A stretch of 64,000 bases of DNA from assembly GCA_021325135.1 (NCBI GenBank), contig JAJPHT010000014.1, positions 42,111 to 106,110 of the forward strand. Reading direction: 5' to 3'. Origin of the DNA: Pseudomonadota bacterium (GTDB lineage Archaea > Thermoplasmatota > SW-10-69-26 > JACQPN01 > JAJPHT01). Below the pieces are notes generated by a model. It was given only the letters and a program-made list of their open reading frames with translations, did no database searches and was not told the origin of the DNA. A program made the position numbers and the translations under genes. Of this stretch, positions 1 to 8,867 are shown one piece after another. The first letter of the stretch is position 1; the number at the start of each line of letters is the position of its first letter.

Positions 1-744
1 GATGCCGATGCGCGAGGGGTCCAGCGCCTTCATGGCGAGCTTGAAGCCGTCCCCCTCCGCGCCGATGCGCGCGCTCTCGGGAATCCAAGCGTCCTCCAGG
101 TGGAAGGTGGAGGTGACGCTGCCGCGGATGCCCATCTTGTGCTCCTTCGCGCCGAGGTTGAACCCCTTGGGGAAGGGCGCCGTGAGCAGGAAGCACGAGA
201 GCCCCTTGTTGCCGGCCTTGGGGTCGGTGCGCGCCATGAGGATGACGTGCCCCGCCTCGTGGCCGTTGGTGACCCAGATCTTGGTCCCGTTGAGCTTGTA
301 GCCGTCCCCCTCGCGGACGGCGGTGGTCTGGAGCCCTCCGGGGTCGCTGCCCGCGCTGGGCTCCGAGAGGGAGAAGCACCCGATGCGCTCGCCGCTGGCG
401 AGCTTGGGGAACGCGTCGGCCTTCTGCGCGTCCGAGCCCTTCTCCAGCAGCGGGTAGACCGCGACGCTGGTGTGGACGCCGTAGGTCACGGCCACGCTGG
501 CGTCCCAGTAGCCAAGCTCCTCCATGATGAGCGCGTGCGTGCGCACGGGGAGGTTCGTGCCGCCGTACTCCTCGGGGATGTTGGGCCCCAGGAGGCCGAG
601 GTCGGCCATCTTGCGCATCTCCTCGCGGGGGAAGATGCGCTTCTCGTCGCGCTCCTTCGCCTTGGGGCCAAGCTCGCGCTCGCCGAACTCGCGCACCGTC
701 TTGAGGATGAGGCGCTCGTCCTCGGAGAGGTCGAAGCTGGGCAT
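1..744 (-). CDS. acyl-CoA dehydrogenase (3' end runs off the window)
   Basis: Manual translation: MPSFDLSEDERLILKTVREF...GCFSLSEPSAGSD...LNGTKIWVTNG...HKMGIRGS. The start abuts the stop of the upstream biotin carrier gene. Confidence 0.93.
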   Translation of the reverse strand, partial: MPSFDLSEDERLILKTVREFGERELGPKAKERDEKRIFPREEMRKMADLGLLGPNIPEEYGGTNLPVRTHALIMEELGYWDASVAVTYGVHTSVAVYPLLEKGSDAQKADAFPKLASGERIGCFSLSEPSAGSDPGGLQTTAVREGDGYKLNGTKIWVTNGHEAGHVILMARTDPKAGNKGLSCFLLTAPFPKGFNLGAKEHKMGIRGSVTSTFHLEDAWIPESARIGAEGDGFKLAMKALDPSRIGI

Positions 745-1208
745 CACTCGATCTCCACGAGCACGTCCTTGCCCTCGACGTTCTGCCCGGGCTTGACGTG
801 GACCTTCTTGACGACGCCCGCCGCGGGCGCGGGGATCTCGTTCTGCATCTTCATGGCCTCCAGGATGAGGAGCACCTGCCCCTGCTGGACCTCCTGGCCC
901 TCCTGCACGGCGACGTTCACGATCTTGCCGGGCATGGGGGGGCGGACCCTGGCGCCGCGCGCGCCGCCCTTCTCGCCGGCCGCGCCGGCGCGGAGGTCCG
1001 CGATGCGGAAGGCCACGTGCATGCCGTTGATCTCGGCCTTGCTCTCGCCGAGCTTCACCTGGAAGGGCTTGCCGCCCAGCGTGACGACGCCGCCTTCGCC
1101 CAGCTTGGCCTCGAAGGGGGTGCCGCCCACGTCGATCTTCACGACGTCGCCCTCGCGCTGGAGCACGCATTCGTACTCCTCGCCCTCGATCTCGATGAGG
1201 ACGCGCAC
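744..1208 (-). CDS. biotin carboxyl carrier (biotin/lipoyl domain) protein
   Basis: Contains the EAMKM biotinylation motif and PMPGKIV. Confidence 0.93.
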   Translation of the reverse strand: MRVLIEIEGEEYECVLQREGDVVKIDVGGTPFEAKLGEGGVVTLGGKPFQVKLGESKAEINGMHVAFRIADLRAGAAGEKGGARGARVRPPMPGKIVNVAVQEGQEVQQGQVLLILEAMKMQNEIPAPAAGVVKKVHVKPGQNVEGKDVLVEIE

Positions 1209-1210
1209 GC

Positions 1211-2740
1211 TCAGACCCTCCTGTGGGGCATGGCCCAGGCGGGGGTCTGCGCCTCGGGGCCCGCAAGCGGCTTGGGCGCGGTCTGGCGGTGGTGGACGCC
1301 GCGGATGCCGCCGCCGGGGGCGCGCGTCAGCGCGGCCACGAGGGCGGCGGCGCGCTCGGCGCGGGCGCGGGCCGCGGCGCGCGCCTCCTCGTCCAGGGCC
1401 TCCATGAGCTTCTCGCGTCCGATGAAGCCCGTGTTGAGGTCGCCGGCCTGGAACGCCTTGTTGCGCAGCACCATGCGGTGGAAGGGGACGTTGGTCTTGA
1501 GGTCGCCCTCGATGACGAGCTCGTCGAGCGCGCGCTGCATGCGCTCGATGTCGTCGTGCCGCGTCTCGGCGGTGGTGATGAGCTTCATCACCATGCTATC
1601 ATACGTGGAGGGGATAGTGAAGCCCTCCTCGATGCCGTCGTCCACGCGCACGCCGGGGCCCGCGGGGCGGCGCAGCCGCTTCACCAGGCCGGGCGCGGGC
1701 GCGAACTGGTTGTACGCGTCCTCCGCGTTGATGCGAAGCTCCAGCGCGTGGCCGCGCAGCTTCACGTCGGACTGCTTGATGGTGAGCTTCTCGCCCGAGG
1801 CGACGCGCAGCTGCCACTTCACGAGGTCGACGCCCGTGACCAGCTCCGTCACCGGGTGCTCCACCTGGAGGCGCGTGTTCATCTCCATGAAGTAGAACTG
1901 GCCGTCCTTGTAGAGGAACTCCATGGTGCCGGCCGCGGAGTAGCCGACGCTCTTGGCCAGCGCGACGCAGCGCTCGCCGATCTCGTGGCGCTGCTCGGGC
2001 GTGATGGCGGGGGAGGGGCTCTCCTCCAGGAGCTTCTGGTTGCGGCGCTGGATGCTGCATTCGCGCTCGCCCAGGTAGACGACGTGCCCGTGCTCGTCGC
2101 CCAGAATCTGGAACTCGATGTGGCGCGGGTCGGTCACGAACTTCTCGATGAAGACCTCGTCCGAGCCGAAGGCGCTGGCGGCCTGCGCGCTGGCGTCGCG
2201 CACGGCCTTCTCCAGCTCCTCCATGGTGTGGACGACGCGCATGCCCATGCCGCCGCCGCCGTGGACGGCCTTCACGATGACGGGCAGGCCGATCTTCTCG
2301 ACGACCTTGCGCGCGTCGCCGGGGTGGACCGCGCCGTCGGACGCGGGGGCCACGGGCACGCCTGCCTTGATGGCGTTGCGCTTCGCGCTGACCTTGTCGC
2401 CCATGGCGTCCATGGCCTTCGAGTTGGGGCCGATGAACTTGACGCCGGCCTTCTCGCACATGCGCACGAAGTCGCTCTTCTCCGAGAGGAAGCCGTAGCC
2501 GGGGTGGATGCCGTCGGCTCCGGTGTCCTTGGCCGCCTTGAGGATCTTCTCCTTGACGAGGTAGCTCTGGAGCGAGGGCGCGGGGCCCAGGAGCACGGCC
2601 TCGTCGGCCATCTTCACGTGGGGCGCGCGGGCGTCGGCCTCGGAGTAGACGGCGACCGTGCCGATGCCCATCTCCTTGCAGGCCCGGAAGACGCGCACCG
2701 CGATCTCGCCGCGGTTCGCCACGAGGACCTTCTCGAACAT
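1211..2740 (-). CDS. accC: biotin carboxylase subunit of an acyl-CoA carboxylase
   Basis: Motifs MFEKVLVANRGEIA, IHPGYGFLSE, GGGGMG and EMNTRLQVEHPVTE. Start set at ATG 2740, not at the ORF-track start. Confidence 0.93.
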   Translation of the reverse strand: MFEKVLVANRGEIAVRVFRACKEMGIGTVAVYSEADARAPHVKMADEAVLLGPAPSLQSYLVKEKILKAAKDTGADGIHPGYGFLSEKSDFVRMCEKAGVKFIGPNSKAMDAMGDKVSAKRNAIKAGVPVAPASDGAVHPGDARKVVEKIGLPVIVKAVHGGGGMGMRVVHTMEELEKAVRDASAQAASAFGSDEVFIEKFVTDPRHIEFQILGDEHGHVVYLGERECSIQRRNQKLLEESPSPAITPEQRHEIGERCVALAKSVGYSAAGTMEFLYKDGQFYFMEMNTRLQVEHPVTELVTGVDLVKWQLRVASGEKLTIKQSDVKLRGHALELRINAEDAYNQFAPAPGLVKRLRRPAGPGVRVDDGIEEGFTIPSTYDSMVMKLITTAETRHDDIERMQRALDELVIEGDLKTNVPFHRMVLRNKAFQAGDLNTGFIGREKLMEALDEEARAAARARAERAAALVAALTRAPGGGIRGVHHRQTAPKPLAGPEAQTPAWAMPHRRV

Positions 2741-2905
2741 GACGTCGCGCGGAACCTTGGGGTGGGGGATAAACGTTGGGGGCTCCCGCGGAGGGGCGGA
2801 CGTGAGCCCAGGAGCGAGACGCAAGGCGAGTGGGCCCCGACGAACGGAGCCCCCGGCGATCCCCGAAACCCTCATCAACGGGGTCCCCTTCTGCGCCGCA
2901 TCCCC

Positions 2906-3274
2906 ATGGCCAAGTCCAAGCGCGAAGAGGCCGCAGAAGCCAAGGACGACGGCTACGAGTTCAAGCTCCCCGACTTCGACGAGAAAGCTTTCGTGCGTCG
3001 CGAGGTGCTGGGCGCCCGGGCGTCGTTCATCGCGCTGGGCATCGGCGCCGGGGGCGGGGCGCTGGCCGCGCTCCTCTGGTTCGTCCTGCCCCAATCCCTC
3101 TGGTACGTCGGCTGGCTGCCCATCCTCGCGGCGTCGCTGGGCCTGCGCAAGGTGCTCCAGGCCATGGGCTACCCGGAGGACCTGACCTCGCTGCGCGCCG
3201 CCTTCGGCTCCATGACCATGGTCTTCTTCACGGGCCTCGCGGTCTGGATCCTGGGCGTCAACCTCCCCCTCTGA
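2906..3274 (+). CDS. small hypothetical membrane protein (3 TM)
   Basis: MAKSKREE...YEFKLPDFDEKAF followed by three hydrophobic segments; divergent from accC. Confidence 0.75.
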   Translation: MAKSKREEAAEAKDDGYEFKLPDFDEKAFVRREVLGARASFIALGIGAGGGALAALLWFVLPQSLWYVGWLPILAASLGLRKVLQAMGYPEDLTSLRAAFGSMTMVFFTGLAVWILGVNLPL

Positions 3275-3275
3275 G

Positions 3276-3776
3276 GTGCGCATGGACGAGACGCGGCGCC
3301 GGACGCTCTCCCTGGCCATCCTGGCCGCGGCCGCGCTCCTCCTCGTCGCGGGCGTCGCGGTCTACCTCGTGCGCGGCGCGGAGGCCCGCTCGGCCTACCT
3401 GGCCCTCGTCGTGGTGCTGCTCCTCCTGGGCCTCGCGCAGGCGTACCTCCTCTTCGCGAAGCGCGTCGCGCAGGCCATGGCGCCCAAGGAGGAGTACCTC
3501 CTGGCCGACGAGTCGCCGGTCCTGGAGGAGGACGTCTACGACGTGAAGTGCGGAAGCTGCGGCACCGAGTTCCGCGTCCCCGACACGCTCCAGCGCCCCC
3601 TCCTCGCCCACTGCCCGGTCTGCGGCGCCGAGGGGATCGTCCCCCTGCGGAGGCCCGCCAAGGAGGTCCGCCTCCGCTGCCCCCGCTGCCAGAGGGTGAA
3701 CGCGGTCGCGGACGACGGCTCCCGGCCCCTCCGGGCGCGGTGCGCTGGCTGCTCTGCCATGCTGGCCGTGCGCTGA
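3276..3776 (+). CDS. 2-TM protein with two zinc ribbons
   Basis: Two hydrophobic helices, then CGSC/CPVC and CPRC/CAGC pairs. Confidence 0.75.
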   Translation: MRMDETRRRTLSLAILAAAALLLVAGVAVYLVRGAEARSAYLALVVVLLLLGLAQAYLLFAKRVAQAMAPKEEYLLADESPVLEEDVYDVKCGSCGTEFRVPDTLQRPLLAHCPVCGAEGIVPLRRPAKEVRLRCPRCQRVNAVADDGSRPLRARCAGCSAMLAVR

Positions 3777-3893
3777 AGCCACCCATCAACGCCAGGATCA
3801 ACGGGTGATCCACAAATTCGCGCTGTTGTCCTGCGGGGCTGTGGCAAATCCTTATCCTCGCACGTTCGTTGGAGCGTTCTAGAGCGGAACTCT

Positions 3894-4181
3894 ATGCTGG
3901 GAGGGAAGCGGAGCGACGTGGCCATCACGCTGGACATCCTGCGCCTCGTCCGGAAGGGCGAGAAGAAGACGCGGATCATGTACGGCGCGAACCTCTCCTA
4001 CGAGATGCTGACCCGCTACCTGGACTTCCTCACGGAGCGCGCCTTCATCCAGGCCGACGCGGCCACCGGCGCCTTCCGCGTCACCGACCGCGGGGCCTCC
4101 CTCATGGCCGACCTGGAGCGCGTCCACCGCCACTTCGAGCCCGCCGAGCGCGGGGACGCCGTCCTCAACGTCCGCATGTAG
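3894..4181 (+). CDS. archaeal winged-helix transcriptional regulator
   Basis: KRS..I.LDIL...KKTRIMYGANLSY..L.RYL..L pattern with a C-terminal T.RG wing. Confidence 0.85.
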   Translation: MLGGKRSDVAITLDILRLVRKGEKKTRIMYGANLSYEMLTRYLDFLTERAFIQADAATGAFRVTDRGASLMADLERVHRHFEPAERGDAVLNVRM

Positions 4182-4216
4182 GCCTGGCGAACGCGCGTAC
4201 AACGCCTGAGATAAGC

Positions 4217-5143
4217 ATGCCCACCCAGACCGGCGACGGGAATCGCGTGGGCGCCTCGACCCAGTTCCACGTCGTCGACAGCAAGGACCACAGGCCGCTC
4301 TCCCCCATGGCCGTCCTGGGCCGCGGCACCGCCCCCACGCTGGAGGGGCGCCTGGCGCGCACGCCCTTCGCCCGCACCTGGCCCACCATGGCGGCCCTCT
4401 TCGCGGTCATCCTCGTGGGCGAGGTCTCGCAGGTCATCCCCTTCCTGGGCGCGCGCTGGGCCGTCGTGTTCCACGGCCTCGCCCTCGTCCTCCTGGGCAC
4501 GCACGCCCCCCTGGTGCGGCGCCTCAACGCGCCCCTCGCGCGCCTCGAGGTGGCCATGCTCCCGGTGCCCCTCATCCGCATCGTCTCCCTCACGAGCCCG
4601 CTGGCCACCTTCTCGTACATCCAGTGGTTCTCCATCCTCGCGGTGATCCTGTACGCAGGCATCGTCGCCTCCATCCGCCTGCTGAAGCCCCAGATGGCCA
4701 GCATCGGCCTCCGGCTCCCCGAGAAGAAGCACATCCCCATCGAGGTGGGCATCGCCCTCTTCGGCTTCGTCCTGGGCTACACCGAGTGGCACATCCTCAA
4801 GCCCGGCTCCCTGGTGCCCAGCCTCAGCCTGCGCAGCCTCGCCGCGCCCATCGTCATCCTCTTCGTCTCCACCGGGCTCCTGGAGGAGCTTCTCTTCCGC
4901 GGCCTCCTCCAGCGCTACGCCGGCCAGGCCGTGGGCGCCCTCCCGGGCATCCTCTTCGTGAGCCTCCTCTTCGCCGTCCTCCACACGGGCTGGGAGAGCT
5001 GGCTGGACGTCCTCTTCGTGGGCTCCGTCGGCCTGGGGTACAGCCTCATCGTCCGCAAGACGGGAAGCCTCCTGGGTGTCTCCATCAGCCACGGCATCAC
5101 CAACGCCATGCTGTTCCTCATCATGCCGACCCTGCGGTTCTGA
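4217..5143 (+). CDS. CPBP (CAAX protease/Abi) intramembrane glutamic protease
   Basis: Motifs EELLFRG, FAVLH and HGITN in a polytopic protein. Start codon uncertain. Confidence 0.88.
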   Translation: MPTQTGDGNRVGASTQFHVVDSKDHRPLSPMAVLGRGTAPTLEGRLARTPFARTWPTMAALFAVILVGEVSQVIPFLGARWAVVFHGLALVLLGTHAPLVRRLNAPLARLEVAMLPVPLIRIVSLTSPLATFSYIQWFSILAVILYAGIVASIRLLKPQMASIGLRLPEKKHIPIEVGIALFGFVLGYTEWHILKPGSLVPSLSLRSLAAPIVILFVSTGLLEELLFRGLLQRYAGQAVGALPGILFVSLLFAVLHTGWESWLDVLFVGSVGLGYSLIVRKTGSLLGVSISHGITNAMLFLIMPTLRF

Positions 5144-5204
5144 AGCAGTCCTCCAGAATCCTTATGATGGCTGAGTGGGTCGTCGCGCCAGTAGAGGCTG
5201 GAGC

Positions 5205-6530
5205 ATGGCCCCTGTCACCCCCAAGAAGATGACCCTCGCTGCGACGGGCACGGCCCTCCTGGCGTTCCTGCTGATCGTCCCGACCGTCCTCGTCGCCTCG
5301 GGCGCGCTCGGCCAGAACAACCCCCTCTGCGCGGCGACGGGCTACTGCGCCACGGTCCCCTCCTCCACCGGGAGCACGGGCGCCATCACCGCCGGTGGCG
5401 GCGTCGGCAACCTCGCCGCCGGCCAGTCGGCCACCATCGTCATCGGCCAGCCCACCTCCGCGCCCCTGGAAACCGCGTCGGTCATCCCCGACTCGGTCAT
5501 CAACAACCTCATCTCCAGCCCGGCCACGCTCACCGCGACGCTCAACGACCCCGCCCAGCTCCAGCAGCTCGCGACCGCGCCCGCCGCGCTCCAGACCCTC
5601 CTGGCCAACGCGGACGCCCGCCAGGCCATCCTCTCCAATGCCGACGCCCTCAACGCCATCCTCGGCTCCGGCCTGGGCGCCAGCGCGGCCCTCCAGAACG
5701 ACGCGGTCCGCAGCGCCGTCGTGAGCCAGCTGGGCTCCAACGCGCAGCTCACCGCCACCGTCGCCTCCAACCCCGCGGCCCTCACCTCCCTGCTCCAGGA
5801 CAGCGGCGCCGCCAGCACCCTCATCAACCAGGTGACGACCAACTCCGCCGTCCTCGACGCGCTCTCCCACAACACCGCGGCCGTGGGCGCCCTGCTCCAG
5901 AACGACGCCGCGCGCCAGGCCATCACCTCCAACGCGCAGGTCCTCAACACGATCCTCCAGAACGTCCTCAACGACCAGCACGTCAGCGCGGTGGACATCA
6001 CCGCGGGCCAGGCCGGCTCCAACGTGCAGGTCAACGTCAAGGAGTACCTGCCCAACGACCCCACCCAGAGCGCGGTCAACTCCCCCGAGGGCAGCAGCCT
6101 CGCCCACATCACGCTCCAGGTCGCGACCCCCGACGCGGGCGGCGCCACCAGCTTCGCCGCCATGAAGGTGCTGGACATCAGCACGAGCCTCGGCGCGGGC
6201 GGCGTCTCCGCGGCCACGGTGACCTTCAAGGTGACCCAGGCCGAGCTCCTCGCCATGGGCAAGAGCACGGCCGACATCCGCCTGCTCCACCAGGTCAACG
6301 GCCAGTGGGTCCCCCTGCCCACGACGCTGGTCAGCGGCCCCGACGCCTCGGGCACGTACACCTTCAGCGCCCAGACGCCCAGCTTCTCCTACTTCGCCAT
6401 CGCGGCCGCCCAGCCCGTGCAGAGCACGAGCGCGGGCTTCGCCGGCCTCGGCGTCGCGCTGCTGATCCTCGGCGTCCTCGCCGTGATCGCCATCGTGGCC
6501 GTGCTCGTGATGAAGAAGAAGCAGGCGTAA
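5205..6530 (+). CDS. surface protein with PGF-pre-PGF domain and C-terminal anchor
   Basis: N-terminal hydrophobic signal; central A/N/Q-rich repeats (LQNDA.R.A); ATVTFKV...W.PLPT...TPSFSYFAI; tail AGF-TM-KKKQA. Confidence 0.82.
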   Translation: MAPVTPKKMTLAATGTALLAFLLIVPTVLVASGALGQNNPLCAATGYCATVPSSTGSTGAITAGGGVGNLAAGQSATIVIGQPTSAPLETASVIPDSVINNLISSPATLTATLNDPAQLQQLATAPAALQTLLANADARQAILSNADALNAILGSGLGASAALQNDAVRSAVVSQLGSNAQLTATVASNPAALTSLLQDSGAASTLINQVTTNSAVLDALSHNTAAVGALLQNDAARQAITSNAQVLNTILQNVLNDQHVSAVDITAGQAGSNVQVNVKEYLPNDPTQSAVNSPEGSSLAHITLQVATPDAGGATSFAAMKVLDISTSLGAGGVSAATVTFKVTQAELLAMGKSTADIRLLHQVNGQWVPLPTTLVSGPDASGTYTFSAQTPSFSYFAIAAAQPVQSTSAGFAGLGVALLILGVLAVIAIVAVLVMKKKQA

Positions 6531-6654
6531 GCCGAACGCTTCCCGGGCGCGGTCGCCGCGCCCGCTCTTCTCCTTCTCCCAGGCTCCTTTTCTGCAACCC
6601 CTTTTGGATCCCCAGCGGGAGCCATGTCGCGTGGGGCTGGAGAGGCAGCGGGGA

Positions 6655-6730
6655 GGCGGCCCGGGTCACGTGACCGGTCACGTGACGCAACGCCGCGAGT
6701 CACGTGACCGGTCACGTGACCCGGGCCGCC
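6655..6730. repeat. perfect 32-bp inverted repeat with four GTCACGTGAC palindromes
   Basis: 6655-6686 is the exact reverse complement of 6699-6730, with a 12-nt loop. Confidence 0.95.
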
Positions 6731-6755
6731 CGTTGGGTGATTCCCGGAGAAGAGC
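6731..6755 (+). promoter_or_regulatory. shared upstream element (copy 1)
   Basis: CGTTGGGTGATTCCCGGAGAAGAGC, 23/25 identical to 28423-28447. Confidence 0.55.
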
Positions 6756-6782
6756 CAAGTCTTCCTCAACCCTCCATGGCGC

Positions 6783-7163
6783 GTGGACCCGATCCCCGCC
6801 GAAGTCGAGCTTGCCTTCCTTCGCTCCGGCCACCGGAAGCGCAGCGTGATGATGCTCAGTTCGCTGGGCGAGGCGTCCCCCGGCCAGCTGGCCCGCTCGC
6901 TCGGCCTGCCTTGCACTCGCCAGAGGTGGATCATGGAGGGCGACGGGCGCTACTACAGCAAGGACCTCGCTCCGGTCCAGCTTGGCCTCGCGACGCTCAT
7001 CGAGGCTCCGCGGCGGCGGAAGTACGTCATCACGCCCTTGGGGCGCAAGATGGCGCGCCGGTTCACGGCGCGAGAGGCGCGGAGGGCCCGCCGGGCGGCC
7101 GCGATCAAGCGATCCGATGAGGCGCACCGGAACGGCGAGCCGACGCCCGTGGAAGAGGGGTGA
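6783..7163 (+). CDS. EarA-family (archaellum activator-like) winged-helix regulator
   Basis: MDP...LRS..R...G.G.YYS..L.P..LGL...KYVITPLG resembles the EarA-family pattern as I recall it. Confidence 0.7.
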   Translation: MDPIPAEVELAFLRSGHRKRSVMMLSSLGEASPGQLARSLGLPCTRQRWIMEGDGRYYSKDLAPVQLGLATLIEAPRRRKYVITPLGRKMARRFTAREARRARRAAAIKRSDEAHRNGEPTPVEEG

Positions 7164-7321
7164 GCGGGCTTGCGCCAGGGTCGCGCGACCCCGTCCTGTT
7201 TCCTGCGCACCTTGGCCCCGACCAAGAAGCTGGGATCGCGACGGCGGCTCCCTGGCGCAGCGCCCCCGCTGGGGCTCCAGAAAAGGCTGCAGAAAAGGGG
7301 TTCTTGTTCTTGGCGCCGGTC

Positions 7322-7612
7322 TCAGAGGACCGAGGCGACCTTCGTGATGACGATCATCGCGAAGATGAACATGAGGGGGATGATGGCGACGTTGAGGTTG
7401 GCCGCGTAGAAGCGGGCCGCCTTGGCCTTCCAGGTGTGCTGGACGCGGTCCTCGGCGGCGTAGGCCAGGAGGAGCTCCTTGGCGACGAGGAGGCCGATGA
7501 GGAGGAGCGTCGCGAAGACGCCCAGGGCAACGGCCTGCTGCACGGTGATGGCGGCGACGACCGCCGTGGTCGTGGTCGCCGTCGTGGCCGCAGCGGTGGT
7601 CGTGGTCATCAT
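7322..7612 (-). CDS. small 2-TM protein with Thr-rich N-terminus
   Basis: MMTTTTTAAATTATTTT...LL.AKEL...LNVAIIPLMFIF; GC3-biased codons; TATA-like box at 7651-7655 on the - strand. Confidence 0.78.
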   Translation of the reverse strand: MMTTTTAAATTATTTTAVVAAITVQQAVALGVFATLLLIGLLVAKELLLAYAAEDRVQHTWKAKAARFYAANLNVAIIPLMFIFAMIVITKVASVL

Positions 7613-7679
7613 GGGGTTCGGGCCTCGGGGGTGGGTATCCTATACGTGCGATAAGCTTTGTGGAGGACAGGACCAGCGC

Positions 7680-8366
7680 TCACGTCCAGCCCTTCTTGGA
7701 GCGGACCACGACGACGCCACCCACCACGAGGGCGCCGAGGCCCAGGAGGGCGAGGGCGGGGAGCTCGGGGAGGGGGACGGTCGCGCTGCTGGCCGAGGTC
7801 GCGCCCAGCGTGCCGGCGGAGGTGAACAGGCCGTTGCTGTTGCTGGAGATGACCTGGATGGCGGGGTAGGAGCCGCGGGGGAAGGCGCCGTTGACGCCGC
7901 TGATGGTGGCGGTGGCGCGCCCGATGTCCAGGCTCGTGCCCGTCCGGGGGAGGGTCTGGCCGCCCACGAGGTTGCGCGACGCGGCGGCGACGGTGGTGGG
8001 CTGGGACGCCTTGAGGGCGCGGAAGTGCCAGACGTGGGTGACGGGGTCCTGCTCGTAGTCGCCGAAGACGACCTTCACGCTGCCCACGTGGTTGGCGAAG
8101 TAGAGGTCGAAGGCGAAGGCGCCGTTGGTGAAGGCGACGCCGGTGGCGAGGGGGGTGGGGTAGACCCAGGTCACCGCGCCGTTGGCGGGGAGGTTGACCG
8201 CGCCGGAGCCGGCGGTCGCGGCGTTGGCCAGGGCGAGGGTGCCGCCGATGGGGGCCGCCGCGTTGACGGTGGGGGTGAAGGCGTAGCTCTTCTGGGAGGC
8301 CGCGGCGGCGGACGGGGCGAAGCCCGCCAGGAGGGCGAGCGTGATGGCGAGGACGAGGGTGCGCAT
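7680..8366 (-). CDS. secreted protein with PEF/PEP-CTERM-like tail
   Basis: Signal peptide MRTLVLAITLALLAGFAPSAAA; C-terminus VPLPEL-TM-RSKK. Confidence 0.78.
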   Translation of the reverse strand: MRTLVLAITLALLAGFAPSAAAASQKSYAFTPTVNAAAPIGGTLALANAATAGSGAVNLPANGAVTWVYPTPLATGVAFTNGAFAFDLYFANHVGSVKVVFGDYEQDPVTHVWHFRALKASQPTTVAAASRNLVGGQTLPRTGTSLDIGRATATISGVNGAFPRGSYPAIQVISSNSNGLFTSAGTLGATSASSATVPLPELPALALLGLGALVVGGVVVVRSKKGWT

Positions 8367-8534
8367 GGGACTCCCTGGACGTGAGTCACCCCGCGGACCG
8401 CTATAACAAACCCAGGAAGGCGGCATCTAGAGGTGTCCTCCATGTGGACCGATTCCAGATAGTCGATCACCAAAAGGACCATAGGGGGCGATACGGTCGA
8501 TGGGGCCTTTGGCTGTGCCATCGAGGCTGTCCCG

Positions 8535-8852
8535 ATGAGGTTCGCTCCGCTTTTCGTGCTCGCCGCCCTGCTGCTTCCCTTCGCGGTCGCCGCCCCGGTG
8601 CGCGACGACTCGTCCTACACCTTCCACGGCTTCCCCTCCCGGAACCAGCCGGCGGACACCTACTACGTGTCCCTCTGCCGCGACTACCTCCACCAGGGCC
8701 CGGCCGTCGAGTTCTTCGACGACTGCTTCACGTCGGGCATCTACAAGGAGACCAACGGGCGCGCCGGCCTCCAGGTCCGCGCGGGCGTCGACGACCTGGG
8801 CATCGCCTACGCGGCCGACACGCTGCTCGCGCCGGTGCTGCCCCAGCTGTAG
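8535..8852 (+). CDS. small secreted hypothetical protein
   Basis: Signal peptide, two Cys, IYKETNG..GLQ; GAGG SD upstream. Confidence 0.7.
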   Translation: MRFAPLFVLAALLLPFAVAAPVRDDSSYTFHGFPSRNQPADTYYVSLCRDYLHQGPAVEFFDDCFTSGIYKETNGRAGLQVRAGVDDLGIAYAADTLLAPVLPQL

Positions 8853-8867
8853 ACCGGTGAGCGCATC

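Noticed and set aside
1-2740. Carboxylase operon lacking a carboxyltransferase
   Set aside because: The operon runs off the window edge, so absence cannot be judged.
100-3274. Plus-strand 435, 365 and 683 aa ORFs
   Set aside because: Shadows of the acyl-CoA dehydrogenase, biotin carrier and accC genes; only 2906-3274 looks real.
6655-6730. Possible mini-CRISPR or replication origin
   Set aside because: Repeats are only 10 bp with 2- and 12-nt gaps; no ORB-like G-string, AT-rich unwinding element or cdc6 nearby.
6783-7163. Archaellum operon implied by EarA-like gene
   Set aside because: No archaellin or arl accessory genes are in the window, so no gene symbol was assigned.
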